From Opitutales bacterium (GTDB lineage Bacteria > Verrucomicrobiota > Verrucomicrobiia > Opitutales > UBA2987): DNA of 64,000 nucleotides. The stretch spans positions 608,001 through 672,000 of the forward strand of contig CBDDEL010000017.1 in NCBI GenBank assembly GCA_965226885.1. Reading direction: 5' to 3'. A program made the translations under genes and the position numbers. Under the pieces are notes generated by a model, which was not told the DNA's origin, did no database searches, and worked only from the letters and a program-made list of their open reading frames with translations. Positions 43,318-54,297 of the stretch are shown in pieces; positions within the stretch are counted from its first letter, which is position 1; the number at the start of each line of letters is the position of its first letter.

Positions 43318-45615
43318 TTATCGATTGGCAAAACGCAGGATGCCCTCTTTCAGACTCTCCGGATCGAGGTGCGATTCCGCCACGATTTCATCCAGGCTCC
43401 CCCCGGTGCGCCAACGGTTGTCGTAATCCGGCGTAATGGCATAACCCTCAAGTTCCCGATTTAAAATCCAGTCCCGCACGTTGCGCCGGGCCTGGGTGGC
43501 GGCAATGAATGAATTGTTCCATTCACTAAGGGGAAGAACCCTGTTGCGGTATTCCTCGTTTTGACGGGAAAAAAGCTCAAAGGATACGCAGCAGACTATT
43601 TTTATGTTGGGGCCTTCCTCGGCCAGCCAGGGAATGATTTTTACCGTGTTGGCAACAACGCTGGTACCCTGCACAAGCATAACGCCCGCTCTAGGCCGAT
43701 CGTCGAACGGGCGCAGCACATAGGCGCCCTTGGCGGCCATCATGTAGGAATCCATGCCAAGAGCTTCCCGGTCCGGTATTTCCACCGGCGGGCGCGTCAG
43801 GTGCAGGGCGACGATAGGCACATCGGTGGCCAAAGCGGCCCCCAGGGCGGGCGCGACTTCGTTATGTTCCCAAGGATGCAGGTTGATGATGTGCCCATCG
43901 GGAAACAGTTGAGTTACGCCCGGGGAAAAGATGCCGAAATGAGTTCTCGAATCCTCCGCCGTTTCCGGCCCGGAGTGACCAGCCACCCAGATGACGCGGC
44001 CGGTTTTTAAATTACAATCCTGCGCCAATTGGGAAAAGAGCCGCATGAGGCCGTATTTGAGGTAGGAAAAAGACCCATAGGTGGAACAGGAACTGATAAA
44101 ACCCGCGTATTTGTTCTCACCATCCGAAGCGAAATTGACGGCTGCCAAACCGGCGCAAATGCCGGAGTTGGAAAACTCGGTTATTTGCTGAGGCAGGAGT
44201 GCACCGGTCGGATTGTTGTCGCGATGATACCACCCGGTGCCTTTGTTTTCGCCAAAATCTTTCATAAAACCAGCGATATTGGTCGATTCGGCCAGATCGG
44301 CCGACATGGCAATGACCAGGGGCCGCCCATATTCTTTGAGGGCGTAGGAATTGAACCAGGCGCCGAATTTTTCAAACCCTAGGCGGTTGGGAACCTTTGC
44401 TCCCGGTTGGGCGAACATTGCTTGAGGATAGTTTTCCACATCGGTAAAAGTTTTATCTTCGGCCAGCAGGTCCTTGCCCATATCCACATGCATGCTTTCA
44501 ATTTTTTCCGGGACAGCTTGACCAATTTGAACCAATCGATCAGTCATCCATTCGACCAGTTGGCGGTCGCCGGCCATGGCCTGGCAAACGGTTTCGAGAT
44601 GGCTGCGGGCCTGCTCGGTGGCTTTATCGGCACCCGGATCACCCTCCCCGAACCCTTCGAAAGTCACCCCGTAGGCTTCTTGAAATTCCGCCTTGGTTTT
44701 CCAGAAAAGCTCACTGTTGCGTTTGTGGGCCGCCCCGTGCGATGCGTAGCCGGTCACTCCGTAACCGCGGCCTTTAATGGTCTTGAACCAGGTGCAGCGG
44801 GGTGCGTTTTGAGGATTTTCTCCAAACAGGTTTTCATAAAGAGCGGGCACAACTTCGGAAAATTCACTTCCATTTTCGGTTCCATCGACCTTGAAACCGT
44901 AGGGTTTGAACCAGCTTTCGGGGTTGCCGTGAACCACCGAGGAGTGACGATTGACATCGATACCGTAATCGTTCCAGTCGAAAATATAAATGAGGTTGGA
45001 CAATCCCAGGCCGTAGGCGGAATTTTTGGTTTCATGATGGGTTCCCGCGCTGTGGCCGCCCTCCCCTTCGATTGCGAATACATTGACCTCCTCGCACCCG
45101 GCAAGTTTAAGGGCCACGGCTTCCCCGGCAGCGGCGGGCGCTCCATGCCCGGAGGGGCCAGTGTTGAATTTGACGAAGAGTGATTTGCCCTCGAATTCGG
45201 CGTGTCCTGGCAATCCTTTATTGTACCGCAGGGTCAAAAGATCCTCCGGCAGCAAAATGCGGTCCGGGCCGCCTTGAATAAGAAATCGATCATCCCCGGT
45301 CCACTCATGGCGCAATTTCATGGCATAGTTGACGACTGCCAGGGAGCCATAAACCAGAGGAATACAGTGTCCGGCCACCAACACATAGCGGTCGGCCAGC
45401 GGCGCCACCGGGTTGCGCACATCCCAACGCATGGCCCCGGTCAGCATCATGGCGACCATTTGGTGCGCTTTGGAGCGGGGACCGCCGGGGTGGCCGCTCT
45501 GCCGGTGGTTCAGCATGATATCGATAAATTGATCGAGAAAGAGGCGGACTTTGTCCATCCGATCATATTCGTTAACAAGGGTTTCCAGTGGAATGATGGG
45601 TTTGTTTCTGCTCAT
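43318..45615 (-). CDS. Transketolase-like ThDP enzyme (765 aa, atypical motif)
   Basis: SGHPGG, DRYVLVAGH, LPGHAE, TGPSGHG, SADLAEST, HSGPETAEDSRTH. Confidence 0.85.
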   Translation of the reverse strand: MSRNKPIIPLETLVNEYDRMDKVRLFLDQFIDIMLNHRQSGHPGGPRSKAHQMVAMMLTGAMRWDVRNPVAPLADRYVLVAGHCIPLVYGSLAVVNYAMKLRHEWTGDDRFLIQGGPDRILLPEDLLTLRYNKGLPGHAEFEGKSLFVKFNTGPSGHGAPAAAGEAVALKLAGCEEVNVFAIEGEGGHSAGTHHETKNSAYGLGLSNLIYIFDWNDYGIDVNRHSSVVHGNPESWFKPYGFKVDGTENGSEFSEVVPALYENLFGENPQNAPRCTWFKTIKGRGYGVTGYASHGAAHKRNSELFWKTKAEFQEAYGVTFEGFGEGDPGADKATEQARSHLETVCQAMAGDRQLVEWMTDRLVQIGQAVPEKIESMHVDMGKDLLAEDKTFTDVENYPQAMFAQPGAKVPNRLGFEKFGAWFNSYALKEYGRPLVIAMSADLAESTNIAGFMKDFGENKGTGWYHRDNNPTGALLPQQITEFSNSGICAGLAAVNFASDGENKYAGFISSCSTYGSFSYLKYGLMRLFSQLAQDCNLKTGRVIWVAGHSGPETAEDSRTHFGIFSPGVTQLFPDGHIINLHPWEHNEVAPALGAALATDVPIVALHLTRPPVEIPDREALGMDSYMMAAKGAYVLRPFDDRPRAGVMLVQGTSVVANTVKIIPWLAEEGPNIKIVCCVSFELFSRQNEEYRNRVLPLSEWNNSFIAATQARRNVRDWILNRELEGYAITPDYDNRWRTGGSLDEIVAESHLDPESLKEGILRFANR

Positions 45616-45840
45616 GGATAATGGCTTCAGTCTATATGAATTAAATAATGCAATACCTCAAAAATTTTTAAAAGAGGCCAGTATGGGCAGGTCGCGGAGC
45701 TAGTAAAGGGAAAATCCACCCCAAAAAGCTCTTAATGGCAGGATTTAGTAAGTGGGGTAATTTTGGTCAAAATTAGAAAAATCATCATAAAGTCCGAAAA
45801 TAGCCAGCATTGGTGGTGAAAATCCTGTATATTAGGATCC

Positions 45841-47325
45841 ATGAAACTGGAACACGATTGGTGTTATAACGCTTTAAAAAGCCGGGATGTTCGCTTTGAC
45901 GCGCGATTTTCTACCGGCGTTATAACCACCGGAGTCTATTGCCGCCCGATTTGTCCCGCCCTTACTCCACAATCCCAAAACGTCAGATTTTACCCCACCG
46001 CAGCCGCCGCTGAGGATGCCGGTTTCCGCCCCTGTTTGCGCTGCCGGCCCGAGTCCTCACCCGGTACGCCGGAATGGATCGGCTCCTCTTCCATCGTGTC
46101 GCGGGCCCTGCGCCTTATTTCCGAGGGGACACTGGATGAATTCGGGGTGGACGGCCTGGCCGGCCGCCTGCATGTCGGCAGTCGGCATTTGCGGCGTCTA
46201 TTTGTCGAGCATATAGGCGCCTCGCCGATGGCGGTGGCTCAGAACCGGCGGATTGCCTTTGCCAGAAAATTGATCGATGAAACGAGACTCTCAATGGCGG
46301 AAATCGCTTTCAGCTCAGGGTTCGGCAGCATCCGGCGTTTCAACGATGCTTTTCGTAAAATGTATGGCAGGCCGCCGACATCGCTCCGGCGAACCGGATC
46401 AACCCAAACCGTTAAACAGGATAAAAACGGCAGCAACCTTAATTTGAAACTCTATTACCGGCCGCCCTACGACCACCGCTCCATTTTAGACTTCTTAAAA
46501 GCCCGCGCCGTGCCGGCAATGGAATCGGTGGCCGCAAACACTTATCGGCGGTCGATAAAAATCGGCCCGGCCTCGGGAATTTTGGAAGTTTCGCTTTTTC
46601 CCGAGAAGAACTTTTTGCGCTTAACCGTTCCCAATGTATTTTCACCATCCTTGATTCAGATCGTAGAAAAGGTGCGTCGGATTTTTGACCTCCGGGCGGA
46701 CACGGCCACCATCGGCGCAGTTCTCAAAAAAGACGCGCCTCTGGCCGGACTTGTGGAAAAAAGGCCGGGGCTTAGGGTGCCAGGGGCCTGGGATGAATTT
46801 GAGATAGCTGTCCGCACCATTCTCGGGCAGCAGGTGAGCGTTAAAGCGGCCAGAACGCTGTGCGGTCGCCTGGTGCGCCGATGGGGCGAACCTTTATCCA
46901 ATGGCGAAAATCGCGGCACAAGCGACATTCGTTATTCGTTCCCCCCTCCCGAGATTCTGGCTGAGGCCGATCTGAGCGGTCTGGGTCTCGTGCGAACCAG
47001 GGCTGCGGCCATCAACAGGCTGGCCACGGCCGTTTGTGAGGCCGAGGTTTCGCTGAAAACAGCCTCAGCCTTGGAGGAAGCCGTCGATGCATTGTCCGCC
47101 CTGCCCGGCATCGGGCCATGGACTTCGCAATACATCGCCATGCGCGCTTTAGGGGAAACCGATGCTTTTCCGGCCGGCGACCTAGGATTGCTGCAAGCGA
47201 TCAAAAAAATTGAAGGAACCGCCGTGACGGAAAAACAACTCGAAAAATGGGCGGAGTCCTGGCGCCCCTGGCGTGCCTATGCCGCTATGTATCTTTGGAA
47301 TAGTCTCGCATCTGAAAACGAATAA
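45841..47325 (+). CDS. alkA: Ada-AlkA fusion (Ada Zn site, AraC HTH, 3-methyladenine glycosylase II)
   Basis: TTGVYCRPIC, GFRPCLRCRP, ILGQQVS, LPGIGPWT, WRPWRAYA. Confidence 0.93.
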   Translation: MKLEHDWCYNALKSRDVRFDARFSTGVITTGVYCRPICPALTPQSQNVRFYPTAAAAEDAGFRPCLRCRPESSPGTPEWIGSSSIVSRALRLISEGTLDEFGVDGLAGRLHVGSRHLRRLFVEHIGASPMAVAQNRRIAFARKLIDETRLSMAEIAFSSGFGSIRRFNDAFRKMYGRPPTSLRRTGSTQTVKQDKNGSNLNLKLYYRPPYDHRSILDFLKARAVPAMESVAANTYRRSIKIGPASGILEVSLFPEKNFLRLTVPNVFSPSLIQIVEKVRRIFDLRADTATIGAVLKKDAPLAGLVEKRPGLRVPGAWDEFEIAVRTILGQQVSVKAARTLCGRLVRRWGEPLSNGENRGTSDIRYSFPPPEILAEADLSGLGLVRTRAAAINRLATAVCEAEVSLKTASALEEAVDALSALPGIGPWTSQYIAMRALGETDAFPAGDLGLLQAIKKIEGTAVTEKQLEKWAESWRPWRAYAAMYLWNSLASENE

Positions 47326-47394
47326 ACGCTTATAAAACCAGAAAATAAAGCGTGAAAAAAACGAAAACGCTCAGGCAAAAAAATTCAGTACGTC

Positions 47395-47756
47395 AGAGCG
47401 GCTATGCTTCGACAGTCTGTCTTCAGTCGCCTGGCAGGATACAAAGATACTACGGGAGAAACTCATCAAAATCGGAGCAAAGGTGATCCACCATGCCAAG
47501 TAGTTCACTTTCCAGATGGCTGAGTTGGCCATTCCCAGAGAAATGTTCCGAACCATGCTCAAGCGAGTAGAGCGACTGCGACAAGCGCCCGATACGGGGT
47601 GAGTAGGAAGATTTTTCGATACAAAAGGAACCAGTGCTGTGGAAACCTCCAACAGAAGGAAAGATTACCAAATCACAATGAAAGCAAAAAATTGGATCGA
47701 AATATTGGAAAGTAGCAATTTTCTACGATCATGAATGTTCATCTGGGAAATCTCGG
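47395..47756 (+). mobile_element. Internally deleted, degraded IS1380-type remnant (different subfamily)
   Basis: MLRQSVFSRLAGYKD joined to LREKLIKIGAKVIHHAK*FTFQMAELAIPR; end CATCTGGGAAATCTCGG. Confidence 0.75.
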
Positions 47757-49128
47757 TTCAGATCTGTTTCAGGAGAGGAAATAAATACGCTAAGAAATAC
47801 TATCAAAGAGAGCAAAATCAAACCGATCATGGCTAACCTGTCCTTGGTGCCACGACCGGAAAGCGCATCCTCAACAGAAAAGCAAATGGGGCCTTAACAT
47901 CGGTTGAGCAATGCGTTTAAGTAAACGCCTAGTGCTGCACCTCACACCGATTGATCTGCGAAGCTCAATCGCCATTTTTAGCCTCACCGGCTTTCCCCAA
48001 GGGAAAAAATTCACATCCGGCACGGAATAATATCCAAGGCAAACAGTTCTTTCTAGCCCGGATATTTCGTAAAAAAAGTATCGTTGATATGCTTAACTGC
48101 TGATATACAGCAGGATAGATCAATAATTAAAGCAATATCAGCGATGACAAAAGGTAAACAATTAAAGCTACAGTTGACAAGGGTAAAAGGCCGCCGTGTG
48201 CGGGTTGATTTCAAGGGCGGAGAGGTTACTTCGGATGCCGGACTGCTTTTGATCCGGGAAGTGGATCGGCAGTTGGGCTTGACCGAACGAGCGGCCCGAC
48301 AGTTAGTGGACAAACGGCAGAAGGGCAAAGTACGCCATGAGGTATTGGGGATGCTGCGGCAGCGCGTTTACGGGCTGGTGGCGGGCTATGAGGATTTGAA
48401 CGACTTTGATACCCTGCGCCACGATCCATTGTTGCAAACGGTAACGGGGCGCATTGAAACGTTGGCCAGCGCGCCGACTTTGTGTCGTTTTGAAAACGGG
48501 CAGGATCGGCGGGCGGCCTTTGCGGTAAACGAGCTGTTGGTCGAACAGTTCATGGGCTCCTTTGCCGAGGAACCCGAAGAGATCATCCTGGACTTTGACG
48601 CCACCGACAATCCGGTGCACGGGCTCCAGGAGGGACGTTTTTTCCACGGTTATTATGATCATTACTGTTTTCTGCCGCTATATGTTTTTTGCGGTGATCA
48701 GCTGCTGGTGGCCTACCTGCGGCCGAGCAAGATCGATGCCAGCAAGCATGCCGGGGCCATCCTCAAATTGCTGGTTAAACGGATTCGCCAAAGCTGGCCC
48801 CGTACGCGGATTATTTGGCGCGCCGACAGTGGATTTTGTCGAGACCGGATACTCTCTTGGTGCGACCGCAACGAAGTTAGTTACATCGTGGGGATGGCTC
48901 GCAATGCACGCTTGCAGCAAGACGCCCAGCAGTTGCAAAAGCAGGCCAAAGAATGGTTCGAACTAAGGGGTAAAAAACAACGGTTATTCCAGGACTTCGT
49001 CTATGCTGCCGATTCGTGGCGATGGCTGCGGTTGGTCATCCATAAAGCCGAACACACCGCACAGGGGTCCAACCCGCGCTTCGTGGTGACGAACCTGCCG
49101 GGCGATCCCCAGGAGCTTTACGACAAGG

Positions 49129-49930
49129 GGTAGTGTATTAAGTAGGAATGGTGGCTAATTCTTGATTATATTGATGAATGAAAAGTCTCAGACAGGTTTC
49201 ATGCATACTCTTAAGCTTGGAAAAGGAGAGGGTTTTGCGTGTGAAACGACCCAGTCGTTGGCGCAGGGTATTGTTCCATCGTTCCACATGGGCCGTTTCA
49301 CCGGTTTCTTTTCCCACGGATCGGTTATGAGGAAAGACTTCATCATAAGTGCTCCAAAAGTCGCTGTAGGTGGCACATCTTTTGTAGGCCCGTGGCAGAC
49401 GCTCGTAAAGTTCCCGGCAACGATACCAATCCCGAGGCCCAATGGCATAGGAGAGGATTTGACGGGTGCGTCGGCAAAGAGCGATCCAAACCCATTGGGC
49501 ATCGCTCTTGCGCCCCACAAAAGACCACAGTTCGTCCAGTTCAATGACATCATGGCGGCGGGCCGCAAGAATCGTGCTTTTGAGCGGTCGCAGCGATTGT
49601 CGTTTTTTTTAACCAACTCAAAACGGTGTTGGGACTCACCCCGAAGGCGCGCTGTAAACCGCGTAGACTGCTGCGTTCCTGATAGACTCGAAGGATCATT
49701 TCTTTTTGCTCTTCGGTGTATTTCACTGTGGGGTTTTCGCGGCTTTGTTTACCACAATCATGGCAGCGGTAGCGCTGTTTATGGTTGGGCGTCTTGCCAA
49801 ATTTAATGATATTTTCACTTCCACAGTGCCGACAATTAATAATTTTAGTAACCATGCACTAAGAATAAACTGCCTAACGCTATTTGTACAGCTAAAAATA
49901 CAAAATAACATTCTTTTTTTATACACTACC
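49129..49930 (-). mobile_element. IS1 copy 3 (InsA/InsB 49138-49855)
   Basis: 8-bp TSD CGACAAGG. Confidence 0.95.
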
Positions 49931-50096
49931 CGACAAGGTATACTGTGGCCGCGGTGAAATGGAGAACCGAATCAAGGAACAGATGCAATTGTTCAGCGAG
50001 CGCACCAGCGCCCATCAATGGTGGGCCAATCAGTGGCGATTGCTCTTGTCGGCGCTGGCCTACACGTCGGCGCTGGCCTACACCTTGATGGAAGCC

Positions 50097-52229
50097 GGTA
50101 GTGTATAAAAAAAGAATGTTATTTTGTATTTTTAGCTGTACAAATAGCGTTAGGCAGTTTATTCTTAGTGCATGGTTACTAAAATTATTAATTGTCGGCA
50201 CTGTGGAAGTGAAAATATCATTAAATTTGGCAAGACGCCCAACCATAAACAGCGCTACCGCTGCCATGATTGTGGTAAACAAAGCCGCGAAAACCCCACA
50301 GTGAAATACACCGAAGAGCAAAAAGAAATGATCCTTCGAGTCTATCAGGAACGCAGCAGTCTACGCGGTTTACAGCGCGCCTTCGGGGTGAGTCCCAACA
50401 CCGTTTTGAGTTGGTTAAAAAAAACGACAATCGCTGCGACCGCTCAAAAGCACGATTCTTGCGGCCCGCCGCCATGATGTCATTGAACTGGACGAACTGT
50501 GGTCTTTTGTGGGGCGCAAGAGCGATGCCCAATGGGTTTGGATCGCTCTTTGCCGACGCACCCGTCAAATCCTCTCCTATGCCATTGGGCCTCGGGATTG
50601 GTATCGTTGCCGGGAACTTTACGAGCGTCTGCCACGGGCCTACAAAAGAAGTGCCACCTACAGCGACTTTTGGAGCACTTATGATGAAGTCTTTCCTCAT
50701 AACCGATCTGACGTGTACTGGATTTGTTGGACACGGGATTCTCTTATATTCATTGTTTATTGATTAGTGTGTCAGGCGGCTTGTTTTGGTAAAGGGTTTT
50801 GTTTTCTCGTTGCCCCCCATGGGGGGCAAATATTTTCCTCGAATTGGACTGGGCTTTGGTAACTCAGAGAGGAATGTTTGCGATATCGGTTGTAGAAGAT
50901 TTCCACGTATTCGAAGACAGTTGATCGCAGTTCGCGCTCGTCGGCAAAGTGGCGGCCTCGAATCGTGCTGGTCTTGAAGCGGCCGTAGAACGATTCCATG
51001 GCCGCGTTGTCGTAGCAGTTGCCTTGGGCGCTCATGCTCGGCTTCATGCCTAGTTCAGAGACCAGCCTCTGATAGTCGTCGCTGGCGTAGGGGCTGCCCC
51101 GATCGCTGTGATGAATAATCCCGGTGCGCAGTGTGCCGCGGGTCATGGCCGCGGCTTTGAGGGCCTTGCCAACCAGCTTCGCGTCGTTGTGGTTGGAAAC
51201 GCTCCAGCCCAGCAGGCGTCGGCTGAACAGGTCCATCACCGTGGCCAAGTACATCCAACCGGCCAGGGTCCGTAGGTAGGTCGTGTCCGCCACCCAGACC
51301 TCGTCGATATGGGTCGGCTGGCCATGCTTTTTAAGCACATTGGGGCTGTAACCATAGGGATGGTTACTGTTGGTTTTTAATGGCTTAAAGCGTTTACTCT
51401 GGGTGCTTTTGATTCCCATTTCACGCATCAGACGCAGAGCCCGGTCACGGCCGCAATCGATGCCCTCATCATCCTTCAGATGGCGGTGCATTGGCCGATG
51501 CCCATAGCGGCCCTTGGCCTCTTTGTGTACCTTCAGGATCGCCCCCTTGATTCCCTCGTCCTCGATCCGCCGGGCCGAGGGCGCTCGGTGCCTCCAGCAG
51601 TAATAGCCACTGCGACAAATCCCCATCGCCGAGCATATTTCCTCGATCTTGAAGCGCCCCTCGTTGTCTTTGACAAACTGGTACTTCATTGTTCGTCCTT
51701 GGCAAAGTAGCCCACCGTTTTTTTTAGTATCTGGTTGATCCGCTCCGAGCGGCGCAGCTCTTTGCGAAGACGATCTATCTCGGCCGCCATCTCCTTCGGA
51801 CTGCTCTGTCGCTTTGAGGTGGCTTCGCCCTGCTGATCGTCCAGATAGAGCCTCTTCCACCTATACAATTGGTTGGTGTTGACCCCAAGTTTGGTCGATA
51901 CCTCGGTGGCGCTCAGACCATCGAGTATCATCAGTTGAACTGCCTCATTTTTGAACTCTATACTAAAGCGTCTTCTTCCCATGCTTCGATTCTCCATTTA
52001 GGAGAATCTCGTGTCCACTTTTTCCAGTGCACATCAATCCGTGGGAAAAGAAACCGGTGAAACGGCCCATGTGGAACGATGGAACAATACCCTGCGCCAA
52101 CGACTGGGTCGTTTCACACGCAAAACCCTCTCCTTTTCCAAGCTTAAGAGTATGCATGAAACCTGTCTGAGACTTTTCATTCATCAATATAATCAAGAAT
52201 TAGCCACCATTCCTACTTAATACACTACC
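50097..52229 (+). mobile_element. IS1 copy 4, interrupted by IS3
   Basis: 9-bp TSD ATGGAAGCC. Confidence 0.95.
50709..52036 (-). mobile_element. IS3 copy 3 (OrfA 51686-51997, OrfB 50772-51689)
   Basis: 1328 bp; 3-bp TSD ATC. Confidence 0.95.
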
Positions 52230-52609
52230 ATGGAAGCCATGCGCCGGTTAGCCTTAAAAGGGACGAAGTGGCCGCGGGCCCAATGCCACACCCTGCGGCT
52301 CAAATTAATCAAGATCGGAGCGGTCATCGTGCGCAACACCCGAACGATTCACTTTCACCTAAGTGAGAGTTATCCTTGGGCCAGTCTTTTCAACCATGCG
52401 GCCCGCCGATTGGTGCCAACCTAAAGGGTGCATTGGTGCTGCCCCCGGCACTACCGAACCAATGGGGGAAAGGGGGCAGTGTCTCTACACCCTGAAAAAC
52501 ACCTAAAAATCAAGACGATCTGCTCAAAATACAAAGAAATCCATCTCCAATAGCAATAACACGAGCCAGACTTTACCCTTCATGAAATATCCGGGCTAGA
52601 GGAAACAAA

Positions 52610-53608
52610 ATGATTTATCCGAAAAATCGTTGGCTATTCTTCTGGCTGCTCCTGTTTGTGGCGGGACCGGTTATGTTTGTGGCCGGCAAAGAGAAGAAAA
52701 TCATGGGCTTTGAGGTCGGCAATGCCATCATACCGCAAAAGGAGATTTTACGCGGTGGACCCCCCAAGGACGCTATCCCATCGATCGATTTGCCAAAATT
52801 TGTCGCTTCAGATGAAATTTCCCTTCTCACCGACCAGGAATTGGTTGTAAGTGTGACCAGCGGCGGGAAAACCCGCGCCTACCCTTTGCGCATCCTCAAT
52901 TGGCACGAAATCGTCAACGATCACATTGGGGATGATTATTTTGTCGTGACCTATTGCCCTCTTTGCCGCACAGCCATGGTTTTTGATCGGAAATTTGGAG
53001 ACGATATTCTCAGTTTCGGTGTATCTGGACTTTTATATAACAGCGACGTTTTATTTTACGACCGGGATTCGGAAAGCCTTTGGTCTCAGTTGGCCATGAA
53101 AGCTGTGGCTGGGCCGCGGGTGGGGATCCCATTGAACTGGCGGAGCCATGAAATCATGAATTGGGAAGCCTGGAAACGTAAGTATCCTATGGGCCAGGTT
53201 CTTTCTTTCGATACTGGATTCAATCGTGATTATTCAGCCAGTCCCTATGCCGGATATGTGAAAAGCAAAGCCTTGATGTTCCCGGTTCCATTCGAACGAA
53301 AAGAGTTGCCAAAAAAGACGTTGATGATCGGGCTTCTGGTCAAGGGCCGGGCAAAAGCTTATCAACTCTCACATTTTCCCGTGAATGAACGGATTACCGA
53401 TGTGGTCAACGGGCAAAACATCTCCTTGTTTCTCAATCTGGACGATTTTCAATTTAAAGTTAATAATGCCGAAACGGCCGAGGAAATACCCACGGTTATG
53501 GTTTACTGGTTTGCCTGGCAGGCATTCTATCCCGAGACGGAAGTTTGGGGGAATTTTGAGGAACCGGTGCCGGACAAAATAAAGCGGTTAGAGAAGACCG
53601 GATCTTAA
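52610..53608 (+). CDS. DUF3179-domain exported protein (CxxC)
   Basis: GGPPKDAIPSID, RAYPLRILNWHEIVND, TYCPLC, FGVSGLLYNS, YWFAWQAFYP. Confidence 0.85.
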   Translation: MIYPKNRWLFFWLLLFVAGPVMFVAGKEKKIMGFEVGNAIIPQKEILRGGPPKDAIPSIDLPKFVASDEISLLTDQELVVSVTSGGKTRAYPLRILNWHEIVNDHIGDDYFVVTYCPLCRTAMVFDRKFGDDILSFGVSGLLYNSDVLFYDRDSESLWSQLAMKAVAGPRVGIPLNWRSHEIMNWEAWKRKYPMGQVLSFDTGFNRDYSASPYAGYVKSKALMFPVPFERKELPKKTLMIGLLVKGRAKAYQLSHFPVNERITDVVNGQNISLFLNLDDFQFKVNNAETAEEIPTVMVYWFAWQAFYPETEVWGNFEEPVPDKIKRLEKTGS

Positions 53609-53638
53609 GGGCGCCAACTATCCATCAAACGATTTATT

Positions 53639-54271
53639 TCATTTTTCCAGAGAAGCTCTAATCTCCCTCATCGCCGAATGACGGGCGATTTTCCCCAGGG
53701 CCTTTTTCAGAAGTGTTTTTCCCGGTTCCATTTTAGGCCAGGGGGAAGCTCCCGAAGGATGGGGCAGAGGAATCGCGTCAAATGGATGTCCCAAATACTC
53801 ACAAGCCCATTGTTTTCCCACTATTTTACTCATACCATGATAGGCCATAATCTGTTCGATGGCTAATTTCCCAACCGGTATAACGAGTGAGGGTCTCAAT
53901 ATTTTGAACTCTCTTTGCAACCAGCGGGAGCAATTGGCAATCTCATCGGAAGAAGGAACCCTGTCGCCGCCAGACGGGTTTTTGCCGGGAAAACACCGAC
54001 AGGCCGCAGCCATATAAATCCGATTGCGAAAAACTTCTTCATTGAGGCCGCAACTTTCCTCAAACCATCGAAAAAGAGTTTTTCCGGCCGTCCAGGCAAA
54101 CGGTTTTCCTATATGCGGTTCCTTCACCCCGGGGGCTTGTCCGACAAGCAGAACCTTACTTAAAATCGGGCCGCCGGAAACGGGTGTCGATTGCATTTGG
54201 CCGCAAAGCCGGCAATCCATGAGCGCATTAACGTGTTCTTGCAGACTGGCTAATGAAACTTTTTTTTTCAT
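53639..54271 (-). CDS. Uracil-DNA glycosylase superfamily protein
   Basis: CRLC, GQAPG, CRCFPGK, LPHPSG. Confidence 0.88.
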   Translation of the reverse strand: MKKKVSLASLQEHVNALMDCRLCGQMQSTPVSGGPILSKVLLVGQAPGVKEPHIGKPFAWTAGKTLFRWFEESCGLNEEVFRNRIYMAAACRCFPGKNPSGGDRVPSSDEIANCSRWLQREFKILRPSLVIPVGKLAIEQIMAYHGMSKIVGKQWACEYLGHPFDAIPLPHPSGASPWPKMEPGKTLLKKALGKIARHSAMREIRASLEK

Positions 54272-54297
54272 TATTGGTTGAAGTATAAAACCCCGGA

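Larger units (their letters stand above)
48057..52595 (+). mobile_element. IS1380 copy 5, carrying nested IS1, IS1 and IS3; transposase disrupted
   Basis: IRs at 48057 and 52595; CTAG TSD intact. Confidence 0.95.

Noticed and set aside
47757..48052. Possible ComEA/helix-hairpin-helix relic (GATTGKRILNRKANGALTSVEQ)
   Set aside because: Too short and degenerate to support
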